A DNA stretch of 64,000 nucleotides from Candidatus Danuiimicrobium aquiferis (GTDB taxonomy: Bacteria > Omnitrophota > Omnitrophia > Omnitrophales > Danuiimicrobiaceae): positions 79,857-143,856 of the forward strand of contig MHFR01000053.1 of the NCBI GenBank assembly GCA_001804285.1, in the 5' to 3' direction. Each line of letters starts with the position of its first letter. The first letter of the stretch is position 1. The notes below the pieces were generated by a model, which saw nothing but the letters and a program-made list of their open reading frames with translations, searched no databases and was not told the DNA's origin. The position numbers and the translations under genes are program-made. Below, piece by piece: positions 19,950 to 29,575 of the stretch.

Positions 19950-21155
19950 TTATTTCCTAAAGTTTTCTATCACGATAGAGGCGTTTCTTAAAAGCTGCCT
20001 GCGAGTTGCACGCGAAATAGCGGAGTCGGAAAACTTCTCTTTATATTCTCGATTGGTTTTGATGGCAAGTAACTCATTCAAATCAAGGCGGGAACCGGCA
20101 CCGGAAGTCGCTTTAAATTCTTTCCAGCGGGTTTCTTTCTGCTTCGACGTGTAAGGACAAACTTCCAAACACCGGTCGCACCCGAATATCCGGTCACCGA
20201 TCTTGGGCTTCAATTCTTCGGGAATCTCATTTTTATGCTCAATCGTAAGGTAAGCAATGCATTTACGCGCATCCATCGATTTATTTTCTCCGATAGCGCC
20301 TGTCGGGCATTGATCAATACATTTTCTGCACCGGCCGCAATTTCCTTCGATTGGCCGATCGGGTTCCAGCTGAAGATTCGTCACAATTTCCGCTAAAAAC
20401 AACCACGGCCCGAATTCCGGGGAAATAAGCTGAGACTGCCGTCCGATAAATCCAAGCCCGGCTTCGACGGCCAAGGAACGTTCGAGAAGCGGCTTTGTGT
20501 CTACGCATGTTTCCAAATGAATATTCTTGGTTTGCAGCGAACAGGCATGCCTGTTCGCTGCTACGACATTTTTAATTTTCCCAATCAATTTATTTAATTT
20601 TTCCGAAATGATTTTATGATAATCTTTTCCCCATGCGTAACGGGCGACACGGCCGGATGGCACCATGTTCGTAGGGGCAGACCCATGTGTCTGCCCTGTA
20701 CTGCTGTCATCAAAAAAAGGGGACAGGTTCTGGTATAGCGGCATCAGAACCTGTCCCCTTTTTTTGTCAGAACTCGGGCGAACACCTGCCTCGCCGGCAG
20801 GCGGGCGCGGGGTCGCCCCTACAGTCGCCCCCCCCGTCCAATAATTCACCCCGAGAACAATCACATTTTTTGCATCCGGAAACTCTTTGAAAAATTTTTT
20901 CTGCCGCTCCGGATATTCTTCAAGATAATGCATTCCACCGTGCTTCCCTTGGCGAATCCATTCTTTAAGATAAGATTCTTCCGCAACAAGCATCCCCTCA
21001 CCCCCCGCCTGCCCGCCTGCCGGCGAGGCAGGGAATTTCCCCTCTCCCTTAGGGAGAGGGTTAGGGTGAGGGGAAATATTAATATTTGTGATTCCGCAAG
21101 CGTCGAATCCGGTATCAAGTGCGAGAGATTTGATTTGACGGGAGGTGATACTCAT
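19950..21155 (-). CDS. queG: Epoxyqueuosine reductase with in-frame palindrome insertions
   Basis: ARYAWGKDYH, VDTKPLLER, CGRCRKCIDQCPT, GCDRCLEVCP. Confidence 0.93.
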   Translation of the reverse strand: MSITSRQIKSLALDTGFDACGITNINISPHPNPLPKGEGKFPASPAGGQAGGEGMLVAEESYLKEWIRQGKHGGMHYLEEYPERQKKFFKEFPDAKNVIVLGVNYWTGGATVGATPRPPAGEAGVRPSSDKKRGQVLMPLYQNLSPFFDDSSTGQTHGSAPTNMVPSGRVARYAWGKDYHKIISEKLNKLIGKIKNVVAANRHACSLQTKNIHLETCVDTKPLLERSLAVEAGLGFIGRQSQLISPEFGPWLFLAEIVTNLQLEPDRPIEGNCGRCRKCIDQCPTGAIGENKSMDARKCIAYLTIEHKNEIPEELKPKIGDRIFGCDRCLEVCPYTSKQKETRWKEFKATSGAGSRLDLNELLAIKTNREYKEKFSDSAISRATRRQLLRNASIVIENFRK

Positions 21156-21357
21156 GAGTATAAATCCCAGTGACCAAATCCTCCGCCAAAAAAAGTGGTC
21201 GGATCCGCCAACGCTTTAGTGGCGGACAATGACCAAGGAATTTTCAAATCACAAATCTCAAATATTGGGAGTTTGTGAATTAGGATTTCTTTGGACCTTG
21301 TCCGCCACAATGCACGGCGGATCCGCCATTTTGTTGGGTGGAGGATTTGGTAATTAA

Positions 21358-22011
21358 TCATTTTAACTTTACACCTTTTTTCGGGCACAGATCATTCACC
21401 ACACATCCCTCACATTTCGGCTTGCGGGCAACGCACGTTAAGCGGCCATGCCAAATGATGAGGTGGTTGACATCGACCCACTCTTTTTCAGGAATAATTT
21501 CATATAAATCAAATTCGATTTTTTCGGGATCGGTTTCTTCGGTGAATCCGAGGCGATACGAAAGCCGTATCATATGAGTATCTACTGCGATCCCGGGAAT
21601 TCCGTAGGCGTTCCCCAAAATCACGTTCGCAGTCTTACGGCCGACACCCGGAAGCGTCACCAGATATTCCATTCTATCGGGGACTTTCCCGTTGAATCGT
21701 TTGACTATTTCATTTGCGGCGCCGATAATATTTTTTGCCTTCGCTTTGTAAAATCCCGTCGAGCGAATTTCACTTTCAAACATTGCGGAATCCGCATCAG
21801 CATAATCACGCGCGGTTTTATATTTCTTAAACAAATCGGCCGTCACCATATTGACGCGCTTGTCGGTGCATTGAGCAGACAGGATCGTTGCTACTAAAAG
21901 TTCTGTCGGATTTTTAAAGACAAGTGCAATTTTCGCGTCTGGAATTTTTTTCTTAAGGCGCTTGATGATTTCATGCGCGCGTTTTCGTTTGGAGCGAATG
22001 GATTCAGGCAT
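21358..22011 (-). CDS. nth: Endonuclease III
   Basis: LSAQCTD, HhH LPGVGRKTAN, VDTH, C-terminal 4Fe-4S cysteines. Confidence 0.97.
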   Translation of the reverse strand: MPESIRSKRKRAHEIIKRLKKKIPDAKIALVFKNPTELLVATILSAQCTDKRVNMVTADLFKKYKTARDYADADSAMFESEIRSTGFYKAKAKNIIGAANEIVKRFNGKVPDRMEYLVTLPGVGRKTANVILGNAYGIPGIAVDTHMIRLSYRLGFTEETDPEKIEFDLYEIIPEKEWVDVNHLIIWHGRLTCVARKPKCEGCVVNDLCPKKGVKLK

Positions 22012-22147
22012 TGTTCACCTTGGTTCTAAAATCCCAATGTCCAAGCACCCATGACCAAAGAAACCCCGAAGAATTAATGTCTCACGTTTGGATTTTGAAT
22101 TTGGTGTTTTTTGCGTCATTGCGATTTGGACATTGGACCTTTCTTCA

Positions 22148-23866
22148 TCATAATCTCCTCTTTCCCAGCCACTCTTCCACTTCCCCTGCCGTCATCGAAT
22201 TTAAAACATCTGATTTTTCGAGCCAGCCCTTGCGTGCGATCCCGACGCCATATTTCACGTCCTGCAATCCATGGACATCATGCGCATCCGGGTTGATACT
22301 CATCTTAAGCCCCATCGATTTTGCCAATTTCATATACCGCCAATCAAGATCAAGGCGGTGCGGATTGGCATTAATTTCGATGGCCACGTTATTCTTTTTT
22401 GCCACTTCAAATAATTTCTCATAATTGATCGCATACCCTTCGCGGGCAAGCAGCAATCGGCCCGTCGGGTGGCCCAAAAACGTCATCGCCGGATGTTCCA
22501 TCGCCCGGCAAATCCGGCGCGTCATTTCTTCTTCCGCTAAGTTCATCCGGCTATGAACGGACCCGATCACAAAATCAAGTTGCGCCAGCACCCGGTCCGG
22601 ATAATCAAGCGCACCGTCTCCGGAAATTTCGGATTCGATTCCCTGGAAAATTTTAATGTTTTCATATTTTTTTTGAAGCTTATCAATTTCTTTCCGCTGC
22701 GCTAAAATCCGGTCGGCAGAAAGCCCGTTTGCATAAAATGCGGATTTTGAATGCTCTGCGATTCCGATAAATTCGTATCCCATCTTTTCCGCCGCCGAAA
22801 TCATCTCTTCCAATGTCGACCGTCCGTCGCTGTAACTCGAGTGAACGTGAAAAATTCCGCGGATATCCTTCATTTCCAGGAGCTTCGGCAGTTTTCCTCC
22901 CCGCGCGATCCCGATTTCTCCCGTATTTTCCCTCAATTCGGGCGGAATGTATGAAAGGCCGAGAACTTTGAAAATATCTTCTTCATTTTTGCAAACTACG
23001 AGCTTTTCATTTTTAAAAATTCCGTATTCATTAATTTTATAATTCTGGCGTTTTGCAAGCGTTCGAACCGCAACATTGTGTTCTTTGCTGCCGGTAAAAT
23101 AATAAAGCGCGTACGGAAATTCCTGATCCGTCACCGTCCTGAGATCGGCCTGAACCCCGGACTTGAGAATCACGCTCGACTTGGTTTCCCCTTTGGCTAA
23201 AACTTGTTCTACTTCGCCGTAAGAAACAAATGCTTCGTGAACCGGTGCCGGATTTTTTGTACTCACTAAAACATCGATATCCCGGACCAATTCTTTTTTG
23301 CGCCTGAAACTGCCGGCCACTTCAATCCGGATAATTTCTTTCCGTTTTTTCAGGTAAGCGAGCAACTCACCGCTTTCTTCTTCGATTTGAGAAATCAGGA
23401 AATAACCTTTGTTCTTGTTGTAGTGTTTAATGGCCTCCAATATATTCGCTTGAGACTTTTCACCGAACCCTTCCAGCGCAAGCAAACGGTTTTCCTGGCA
23501 GGCATATTCAAGCTCTCCGATGCTTTTAATCCCCAGTTTGTCATATAATAGTTTGGCACGTTTGGAACCCAAACCCTGAATCTTCAGAAGATCCAAAAAA
23601 CCTTCAGGAAGCTCGCGGATTAATCCCTGATGATATTGACAAGAACCGGTATTAATAATTTCCGTAATTTTTTCAGAAAGGCCTTCGCCGATTCCTTTCA
23701 TTTCCCGCAATTTTCCGGCTCGCACCAACTCGCCAACGTCGCCGCCAATCCCGTCCACGACGCGTGCGCCGTTTTGATACGCCCGGACTTTAAAAGGATT
23801 TTCTCCTTTAATTTCAAGGAGAAGCGCGATTTCTTGGAGAATTTCTGAAATTTCTTTATTGGTCAT
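22148..23866 (-). CDS. polX: DNA polymerase X / PHP domain protein
   Basis: ENPFKVRAY, GSFRR...DID, FTGSKEHN, PHP motifs HVHS and DAH. Confidence 0.96.
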   Translation of the reverse strand: MTNKEISEILQEIALLLEIKGENPFKVRAYQNGARVVDGIGGDVGELVRAGKLREMKGIGEGLSEKITEIINTGSCQYHQGLIRELPEGFLDLLKIQGLGSKRAKLLYDKLGIKSIGELEYACQENRLLALEGFGEKSQANILEAIKHYNKNKGYFLISQIEEESGELLAYLKKRKEIIRIEVAGSFRRKKELVRDIDVLVSTKNPAPVHEAFVSYGEVEQVLAKGETKSSVILKSGVQADLRTVTDQEFPYALYYFTGSKEHNVAVRTLAKRQNYKINEYGIFKNEKLVVCKNEEDIFKVLGLSYIPPELRENTGEIGIARGGKLPKLLEMKDIRGIFHVHSSYSDGRSTLEEMISAAEKMGYEFIGIAEHSKSAFYANGLSADRILAQRKEIDKLQKKYENIKIFQGIESEISGDGALDYPDRVLAQLDFVIGSVHSRMNLAEEEMTRRICRAMEHPAMTFLGHPTGRLLLAREGYAINYEKLFEVAKKNNVAIEINANPHRLDLDWRYMKLAKSMGLKMSINPDAHDVHGLQDVKYGVGIARKGWLEKSDVLNSMTAGEVEEWLGKRRL

Positions 23867-23890
23867 GTTGGGACTCTTGGATCATTACAT

Positions 23891-24004
23891 TATTTGTTTC
23901 GCGTTTTGTCATTCCCGCGAAAGCGGGAATCCAGAGAAAATGCTGGATGCCCGCTTGAAGCGTGCGGGCATGACACAAGTGAAAGTCAAAATATTAAACA
24001 GATA
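23891..24004. mobile_element. MITE-like element with terminal inverted repeats around two hairpins
   Basis: TATTTGTTTCGCGTTTTG ... CAAAATATTAAACAGATA flanking GTCATTCCCGC and CGGGCATGAC hairpins. Confidence 0.6.
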
Positions 24005-24424
24005 CGATACATTTCTATCTGAAAACTGAGAACTGACAGCTATGTTTGAAATATAGTACTAAAAGTTGCCTGTGCTGACCACATAAAATATCCTTGCTTT
24101 CCTTTTTCGCAACATTATAATATATCACAGTTTGTGGATAAGTCTTGGCGTGTCATTTAGTCCGAGATAAAAAAATTCTGTACAATTTTTTTAAGATCTT
24201 TTTACCAACCAATTAACCCGACTTTCTCATCGATTTTGTAAATCGCCGAGAAAGTCGCTTTGGGCGCAATGAATTGCGACCAAAGTTTTGCGCCCTTATT
24301 GAATCAGGGCGCAAAAGATAAGCCCTGCGTCGCAAAGATACAAACCATCTTTGCACTGCAGCTCTTACGAGCAGAATTTCTTATTAACAATGAGAAAACC
24401 GGGCTAATCCTTGAGGAGGAAAAA

Positions 24425-24910
24425 ATGAAGAAGGTGTTGGCTTTAATCGTAATATGTTGTTTTATTCTTTCAATGTCACCAAACGTATATGCTAAAAGTC
24501 TTTGGGATATGGCCGCTTCACCTAAGTATGGTGAAAAAGCTTTGGGAATGTTCGGCCGCGGATTATTAAACGCTGCTTCCTGCTTTGTCGATATTCCAGT
24601 CGGAACAGTCAATGGAGCAAAAAGACAAAAACCTCAAATTTTTGGTGCTGTAGGCGGATTCGCAACCGGTTGTATGTGCGCAATTCTACGCGCGGCATCA
24701 GGCATCATTGACGTTGCCACATTCTGGGTCCCGGGATTTAACGGGATGCCGGTTTGCAGAACTTATGGCGATTGTCTTGAATGTTTTAATAAAGCGGAAG
24801 TGACTCCGATCGCTCAGCAAGCAATGCCTGCCTATCAGGGTGCAGCTCCTCAGGTTGTTTATCCGGACGCTTCGGTACCGGCAAACCGGATGAAATACGT
24901 TAAGAAATAA
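24425..24910 (+). CDS. Secreted/membrane protein, TIGR04073 (exosortase-associated)-like
   Basis: GAGGAGG RBS before ATG 24425; signal peptide; GMFGRGLLNAASCFVDIP...GIIDVATFW. Confidence 0.65.
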   Translation: MKKVLALIVICCFILSMSPNVYAKSLWDMAASPKYGEKALGMFGRGLLNAASCFVDIPVGTVNGAKRQKPQIFGAVGGFATGCMCAILRAASGIIDVATFWVPGFNGMPVCRTYGDCLECFNKAEVTPIAQQAMPAYQGAAPQVVYPDASVPANRMKYVKK

Positions 24911-24933
24911 GAATCGGTTTTAAGAAGTTTCTA

Positions 24934-24968
24934 AAAAAGGACAAGCCGTTAATGGCTTGTCCTTTTTT
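24934..24968. terminator. Intrinsic terminator (bidirectional)
   Basis: AAAAAAGGACAAGCC-gttaat-GGCTTGTCCTTTTTT. Confidence 0.85.
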
Positions 24969-25108
24969 ATTTTACTCAGCTTTTTAAATACACAAGAGCA
25001 CAGGGACGCAAGAATTTCTTTACCCTGTGCGCTGGTGCCCATACGTGCTGAAAGGAAAAGGGGACAGGTTCTGGTTAATGGAGTCAGAACCTGTCCCCTT
25101 TTCTATTG

Positions 25109-25492
25109 TCACGCTGATGTTTGAATAAGTCGTGCGTTTTTATACTTGGAAATTAAAAAAGACAAATCTGCTTCCCCTGCCGCATTCGCCCTCGCAGCGG
25201 CATCATTTGGTCCTCGCCGCAACTGCGAGGACAGGTCGCCCGCATTGATTAATGCCTGCTTTGGCATTCTCAAATCGTTGCGGGCTTCCGCAAGGCTTGC
25301 CTGATGTTCTGAAGAATCCGCATTTAAAAGAAAATTTACCTGACCGGAGGGAATTTTAAGAAGGGTTCCCATATTAGGAATGGTTGCAAGCGTTGTCAAT
25401 GAATTGCTATCTTTTGAAGTCAGCATAGCAGAAAAAATCGTCAAACCGGCTATGATCACAAGAACCCTAAAAAAACGATTGCCCGTGCCCAT
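25109..25492 (-). CDS. Small exported/membrane-anchored hypothetical protein sharing a segment with a giant-protein linker
   Basis: GGAG RBS; N-terminal hydrophobic helix; LAEARNDLRMPKQALINAGDLSS. Confidence 0.7.
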   Translation of the reverse strand: MGTGNRFFRVLVIIAGLTIFSAMLTSKDSNSLTTLATIPNMGTLLKIPSGQVNFLLNADSSEHQASLAEARNDLRMPKQALINAGDLSSQLRRGPNDAAARANAAGEADLSFLISKYKNARLIQTSA

Positions 25493-25698
25493 AACAAACT
25501 CTCCGGTTGTTATGCTTGGTCAATGAATCAATATGCTTGTTCAAATCTCAAAGGAAAAATATACCTGATTTAGCATTTTGAAGTTGACTATAACCCCTCA
25601 CCCCTGCCCTCTCCGCTTCGCTACAAGGACTGCCTGTAAGAGTTTGGACTGCCCTCTCCCCGAAGGGAGAGGGTTAGGGTGAGGGAAATTTAAGAAAC

Positions 25699-26076
25699 CT
25701 AAACTTCCGGAATCATTGTTTCGGGCGCGCAAAGAGGCTTCCAATCCCGCCCGGCCGGAGTATAAAACGTAAACAGATCAAAAAGCCCGGCAAAAAGTTG
25801 ACGGCCCGTGTCATACACTCCGGTCGCGAGCCCGACGGTCGGGCCTTTCCATGTCGCTAAATAAAAAGGCTCCGTTTCCGCACTGATTTGAATCACATCT
25901 TTAAAAACTTGGAACGGACTTCCGATCATATAGACAATCCCTCTGGAAAATTTATGAAGAGGACCTTTCGTCTCTGAAAGCTGATTTGAAAGTTGATCGG
26001 CATACGCACTGGACAGGAAAAAGAAAAACGTTAAAACAAGGACACCCACGAACCTCATGTTTTTCATCTGAATCAT
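25699..26076 (-). CDS. TIGR04073-like protein
   Basis: AGGAG RBS; signal peptide; GPLHKFSRGIV...GLFDLFTF. Confidence 0.7.
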   Translation of the reverse strand: MIQMKNMRFVGVLVLTFFFFLSSAYADQLSNQLSETKGPLHKFSRGIVYMIGSPFQVFKDVIQISAETEPFYLATWKGPTVGLATGVYDTGRQLFAGLFDLFTFYTPAGRDWKPLCAPETMIPEV

Positions 26077-26105
26077 AATGATCTCCTTTGTTAAAATGTC
26101 GGCGC

Positions 26106-26576
26106 TTATCTTGAAATCTTTAAAATTTTATATTTGATCACTCCGGCAGGTACCCTCGCTTCGGCGACCTCCCCTAACTGCCGCCCCAATAACGCGCGCG
26201 CGATCGGAGATTGAATTGAAATTTTTCCCTGTGCAATATCGGCTTCGTCTTCGGCCACCAACGTAAATTTGAGCGTATCGCCCGTATTTTCATTTTTCAC
26301 TTCGACAATTGTGCCGAAATAAACTTTGTCGGTTGGAGCATCCTGCGTATCGACCACTTTGGCACGGCCGAGCTTATCCTCAAGCATTTGAATTCTGGCT
26401 TCAAGCTGCTGCTTGGCCAATTTTGCGGCATCATATTCGGCATTTTCGCGCAAATCACCGTGCGCTCGCGCTTTTTCAAGCGCATTTGCCGCTTCTTTTC
26501 GCTTTGTTGATTTAAGAAAGCCAAGCTCCTCGCTTAGCTTTTGGAAACCTTCTTTCGTCAAAATGACCTGATCCAT
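26106..26576 (-). CDS. greA: Transcription elongation factor GreA
   Basis: ARAHGDLRENAEYDAAK, ISIQSPIARALLG. Confidence 0.97.
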   Translation of the reverse strand: MDQVILTKEGFQKLSEELGFLKSTKRKEAANALEKARAHGDLRENAEYDAAKLAKQQLEARIQMLEDKLGRAKVVDTQDAPTDKVYFGTIVEVKNENTGDTLKFTLVAEDEADIAQGKISIQSPIARALLGRQLGEVAEARVPAGVIKYKILKISR

Positions 26577-26885
26577 TAGTCGATCCTTCCTTCTCTAATT
26601 TTAATAAAATAAAACACTCTGATTTGTCTTGTCAGCTATAATCATCGGTCAATAAATCTATTATATGAATCCCTTTTTTCGATTGCAACCTTTCTGATAG
26701 AAGGAGAAAAACATCCGATGAGTGTTAGGCATTTTCCCTCCCCTTCGATGGGGGAGGTGAAGGTGGGGGTGATATTTAAGAATTCTCCCCCCATCCTCAC
26801 CTTCCCCCCTTGTGGGGGAAGGAAATTCGCGCATTCAACTTACGCTTCTCCGCCTTAGGCGGACAAGCGTAAGTTGAGCGCTCAT

Positions 26886-26913
26886 TTGACTTTCACATTA
26901 AAACCTTTACAAT
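26886..26913 (+). promoter_or_regulatory. Sigma70 promoter of queF (probably leaderless)
   Basis: TTGACT-16 bp-TACAAT, 6 nt before ATG 26920, no RBS. Confidence 0.6.
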
Positions 26914-26919
26914 ACCGCC

Positions 26920-27294
26920 ATGTCAACAAAACCCAATAAAAATCTCGAAGTTTTTCAGAACCCTTATTCACAAAGAAATTATGTCATCAATTTCGAATGT
27001 CCGGAATTCACCTGCCTGTGTCCCAAAACCGGCCAGCCCGATTTTGCGACGATCCGGATTGAATACATTCCGAATAAATTTTGCGTCGAATTAAAATCTC
27101 TTAAACTTTACCTTTGGTCCTACCGGAATGAAGGCACATTTCACGAAGCCGTGACGAATCAAATTCTCGATGATTTGGTCAAAGCCACAAAACCTCGCCG
27201 GATGAAAGTCGTCGGTGATTTCTATGTACGGGGAGGAATTCATACGGTGGTGACGGCGGAGTATTCGAAAAAAGCAGTAAGCACTCCGCAATAA
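26920..27294 (+). CDS. queF: NADPH-dependent 7-cyano-7-deazaguanine reductase (type I)
   Basis: [30 protein letters not shown]. Confidence 0.97.
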   Translation: MSTKPNKNLEVFQNPYSQRNYVINFECPEFTCLCPKTGQPDFATIRIEYIPNKFCVELKSLKLYLWSYRNEGTFHEAVTNQILDDLVKATKPRRMKVVGDFYVRGGIHTVVTAEYSKKAVSTPQ

Positions 27295-27325
27295 GCAGTC
27301 CTATTTTATTTTTCCTGCCAACTGT

Positions 27326-28492
27326 TTACTGCCTTCTGCCTACCGGTTCCCGGTTTTCCCGATACGAACTATCCACCTTCACCGGTTTAAAGCCGGCGCG
27401 TTCGATCGATGAAATCAATTTTTTCTCATTTAAATCCAGTGGAACTTGACTTCCGGCTTCATGCATCACTTTCTCGTTCAAATTTGTTCCTCCGAAATCA
27501 TCAGCTCCGAATGCAAGTGCGACTTCAGCAAGTTTTAAATTAAACGCCGGCCAGTGAACTTTGATGTGAGGAATATTGTCGAAAAGAAGCCGCGAAACGG
27601 CAAATACTTTTAAATCCGTAAATCCGCCCGGTGTATCAATTTCTCCGAGCCGCGAATTTTTCGGATTGTATGGCATGGGAATAAACGCCTGAAACCCTTT
27701 TGTTTCGTCCTGAAGTTTCCGCAATCTTAAAATATGATCCACTCGATCCTTGGCCGATTCCAGATGCCCATAAAGCATCGCGCAGTTTGAAGGGATGCCG
27801 ATTCTGTGTGCGGTTTTATGAATCTCGAGCCATCGGGTGCTATTTGTTTTATGAGCGCAAATTTTTTGTCTGATCGCTTCATCAAATATTTCCGCCCCGC
27901 CGCCCGGGAGCGCGCCAAGCCCTGCGGACCGGAGCCGGACGAGAACTTCTTTGCAGGTTAAATCGGACCGCCGCGATAAATCATCAATTTCAACAGCGGT
28001 GAGCGCTTTAATCAAAACGGCCGGAGCGGCTTCGTGAATCGTACGAAACATTTCCAAGAAATAGTCAAAGTTTAAATCCGGATTCAATCCGCCGACAATA
28101 TGGACTTCATTAATTCGATATTTCTCATACGCTTGTTTTACCCGGTCCCTAATTTCCGGGATCGAAAACTGGTAGCCGCCCGCTTCACCGGGTTTGCGGG
28201 AAAACGCACAAAAGGAACAATGGGCCGTACAAATATTGGTGTAATTTAAATGTAAGTTAATCGAATAATAAACTCTCTTGCCGTGCAACCGCTCACGAAC
28301 GCGGTTGGCGAGAAAACCGAGAGAGTTGAGGTCGTTTGATTGAAATAGCCGGACGCCGTCCTCGAATGTCAGGCGCTCGTTGTTTTCGAGCCGGATTTGA
28401 ATGTCGTGAAGGTCTGCACCAAAAAAGGGGACAGGTTCTGCTTCAACGGAGTCAGAGCCTGTCCCCTTTTTTGCCCCTGTGCTCTTATGCAC
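27326..28492 (-). CDS. mqnE: CofH/MqnE-family radical SAM protein (aminofutalosine synthase-like); start uncertain
   Basis: TNICTAHCSFCAF, LPGGGAEIF, MLYGH.E, FGADDFGGT. Confidence 0.8.
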   Translation of the reverse strand: MHKSTGAKKGTGSDSVEAEPVPFFGADLHDIQIRLENNERLTFEDGVRLFQSNDLNSLGFLANRVRERLHGKRVYYSINLHLNYTNICTAHCSFCAFSRKPGEAGGYQFSIPEIRDRVKQAYEKYRINEVHIVGGLNPDLNFDYFLEMFRTIHEAAPAVLIKALTAVEIDDLSRRSDLTCKEVLVRLRSAGLGALPGGGAEIFDEAIRQKICAHKTNSTRWLEIHKTAHRIGIPSNCAMLYGHLESAKDRVDHILRLRKLQDETKGFQAFIPMPYNPKNSRLGEIDTPGGFTDLKVFAVSRLLFDNIPHIKVHWPAFNLKLAEVALAFGADDFGGTNLNEKVMHEAGSQVPLDLNEKKLISSIERAGFKPVKVDSSYRENREPVGRRQ

Positions 28493-28507
28493 TTGTGCTC
28501 CTGTGCT

Positions 28508-29575
28508 TTATTCTTTCCGTTTCTCTATTTCCTTAAACAACTCGTCGACCAATTCACTTTCCGGCACCACTCGCGCCTGTTTGCCGTGAACATAAATCAT
28601 TCCTTTGCCTTTTCCGCCGGTAATGCCGAAATCCGACTCCATCGCTTCGCCGGGGCCGTTGACCGCGCAGCCCATCACGGAAATCCGGACCGGTTCTTTG
28701 AGTTTGAGCGCGCGCGATTCCACTTCATTCGCAAGTTTAAACACGTCAATTTCCGCGCGGCCGCAGCGAGGGCACGCAATCACTTGCGCCCCGAATTTCC
28801 GGAGATTGAGGGATTCTAAAATAAAACGCGCCGCTTTAATTTCTTCAGTGGGTTCAGCCGACAGCGAAACGCGAATGGTATCGCCGATTCCTTCCTGAAG
28901 CAGCGTCCCCACTCCGATCGCATTCGCGACGGCACCTTTAAGAAGCGTTCCCGCTTCCGTGACGCCAACGTGAAGCGGATAATCAAATGTTTTTGAAGCA
29001 AGCCGGTAAGCTTCAATCGTAGTCAACACATCGCTTGATTTCATTGAAATGACAATATCGCTAAATCCATATTCTTCCAGAATCTCGACATGGCCTTTTG
29101 CGCTTTCAACAAGCGCTTTCGGCGTCGGGTGTTTATATTTCTCGAGAATTTCTTTCTCAAGCGATCCGCCGTTCACTCCGATCCGGATCGGAATGCCCCG
29201 TTCTTTTGCTTTTTTCACGATGACTTTCACGCGATTCCGCGCGCCAATATTTCCGGGATTGAGCCGAAGCTTATCGATTCCTTCTTCAAGCGCGATCAAC
29301 GCGTTTTCAAAATGGTATTGAATGTCAGCCACAAGCGGAATTTTGATTCTTGCCCGGATCTTACCGATCACCCTCGCATCTTCTTCCGTCAAACACGCAA
29401 CTCGCGCAATTTCACATCCGAGCTCCGTCATCTGCTGAATTTGATCAACCGTTTGAGCCACATCACGTGTCGGCGTGGTGCACATGGATTGAATGCGGAT
29501 GGGCGCACCGCCACCGATAGTCACAACCCCGACTTTTACCTGTTTCGTTTTTTTTCGCACCGTCATCCTCCGCAC
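28508..29575 (-). CDS. ispG: HMBPP synthase
   Basis: IQSM, RLNPGNIG, IRIGVNGGSL, GIGDTIRVSL, ACPRCGR, MGCAVNGPGE. Confidence 0.97.
   Translation of the reverse strand: MRRMTVRKKTKQVKVGVVTIGGGAPIRIQSMCTTPTRDVAQTVDQIQQMTELGCEIARVACLTEEDARVIGKIRARIKIPLVADIQYHFENALIALEEGIDKLRLNPGNIGARNRVKVIVKKAKERGIPIRIGVNGGSLEKEILEKYKHPTPKALVESAKGHVEILEEYGFSDIVISMKSSDVLTTIEAYRLASKTFDYPLHVGVTEAGTLLKGAVANAIGVGTLLQEGIGDTIRVSLSAEPTEEIKAARFILESLNLRKFGAQVIACPRCGRAEIDVFKLANEVESRALKLKEPVRISVMGCAVNGPGEAMESDFGITGGKGKGMIYVHGKQARVVPESELVDELFKEIEKRKE

Noticed and set aside
24260-24424. Extended starts in the ORF track (24260; also 34092, 44384, 55983)
   Set aside because: Downstream ATGs fit RBS or signal peptide better; some extensions run through repeats.
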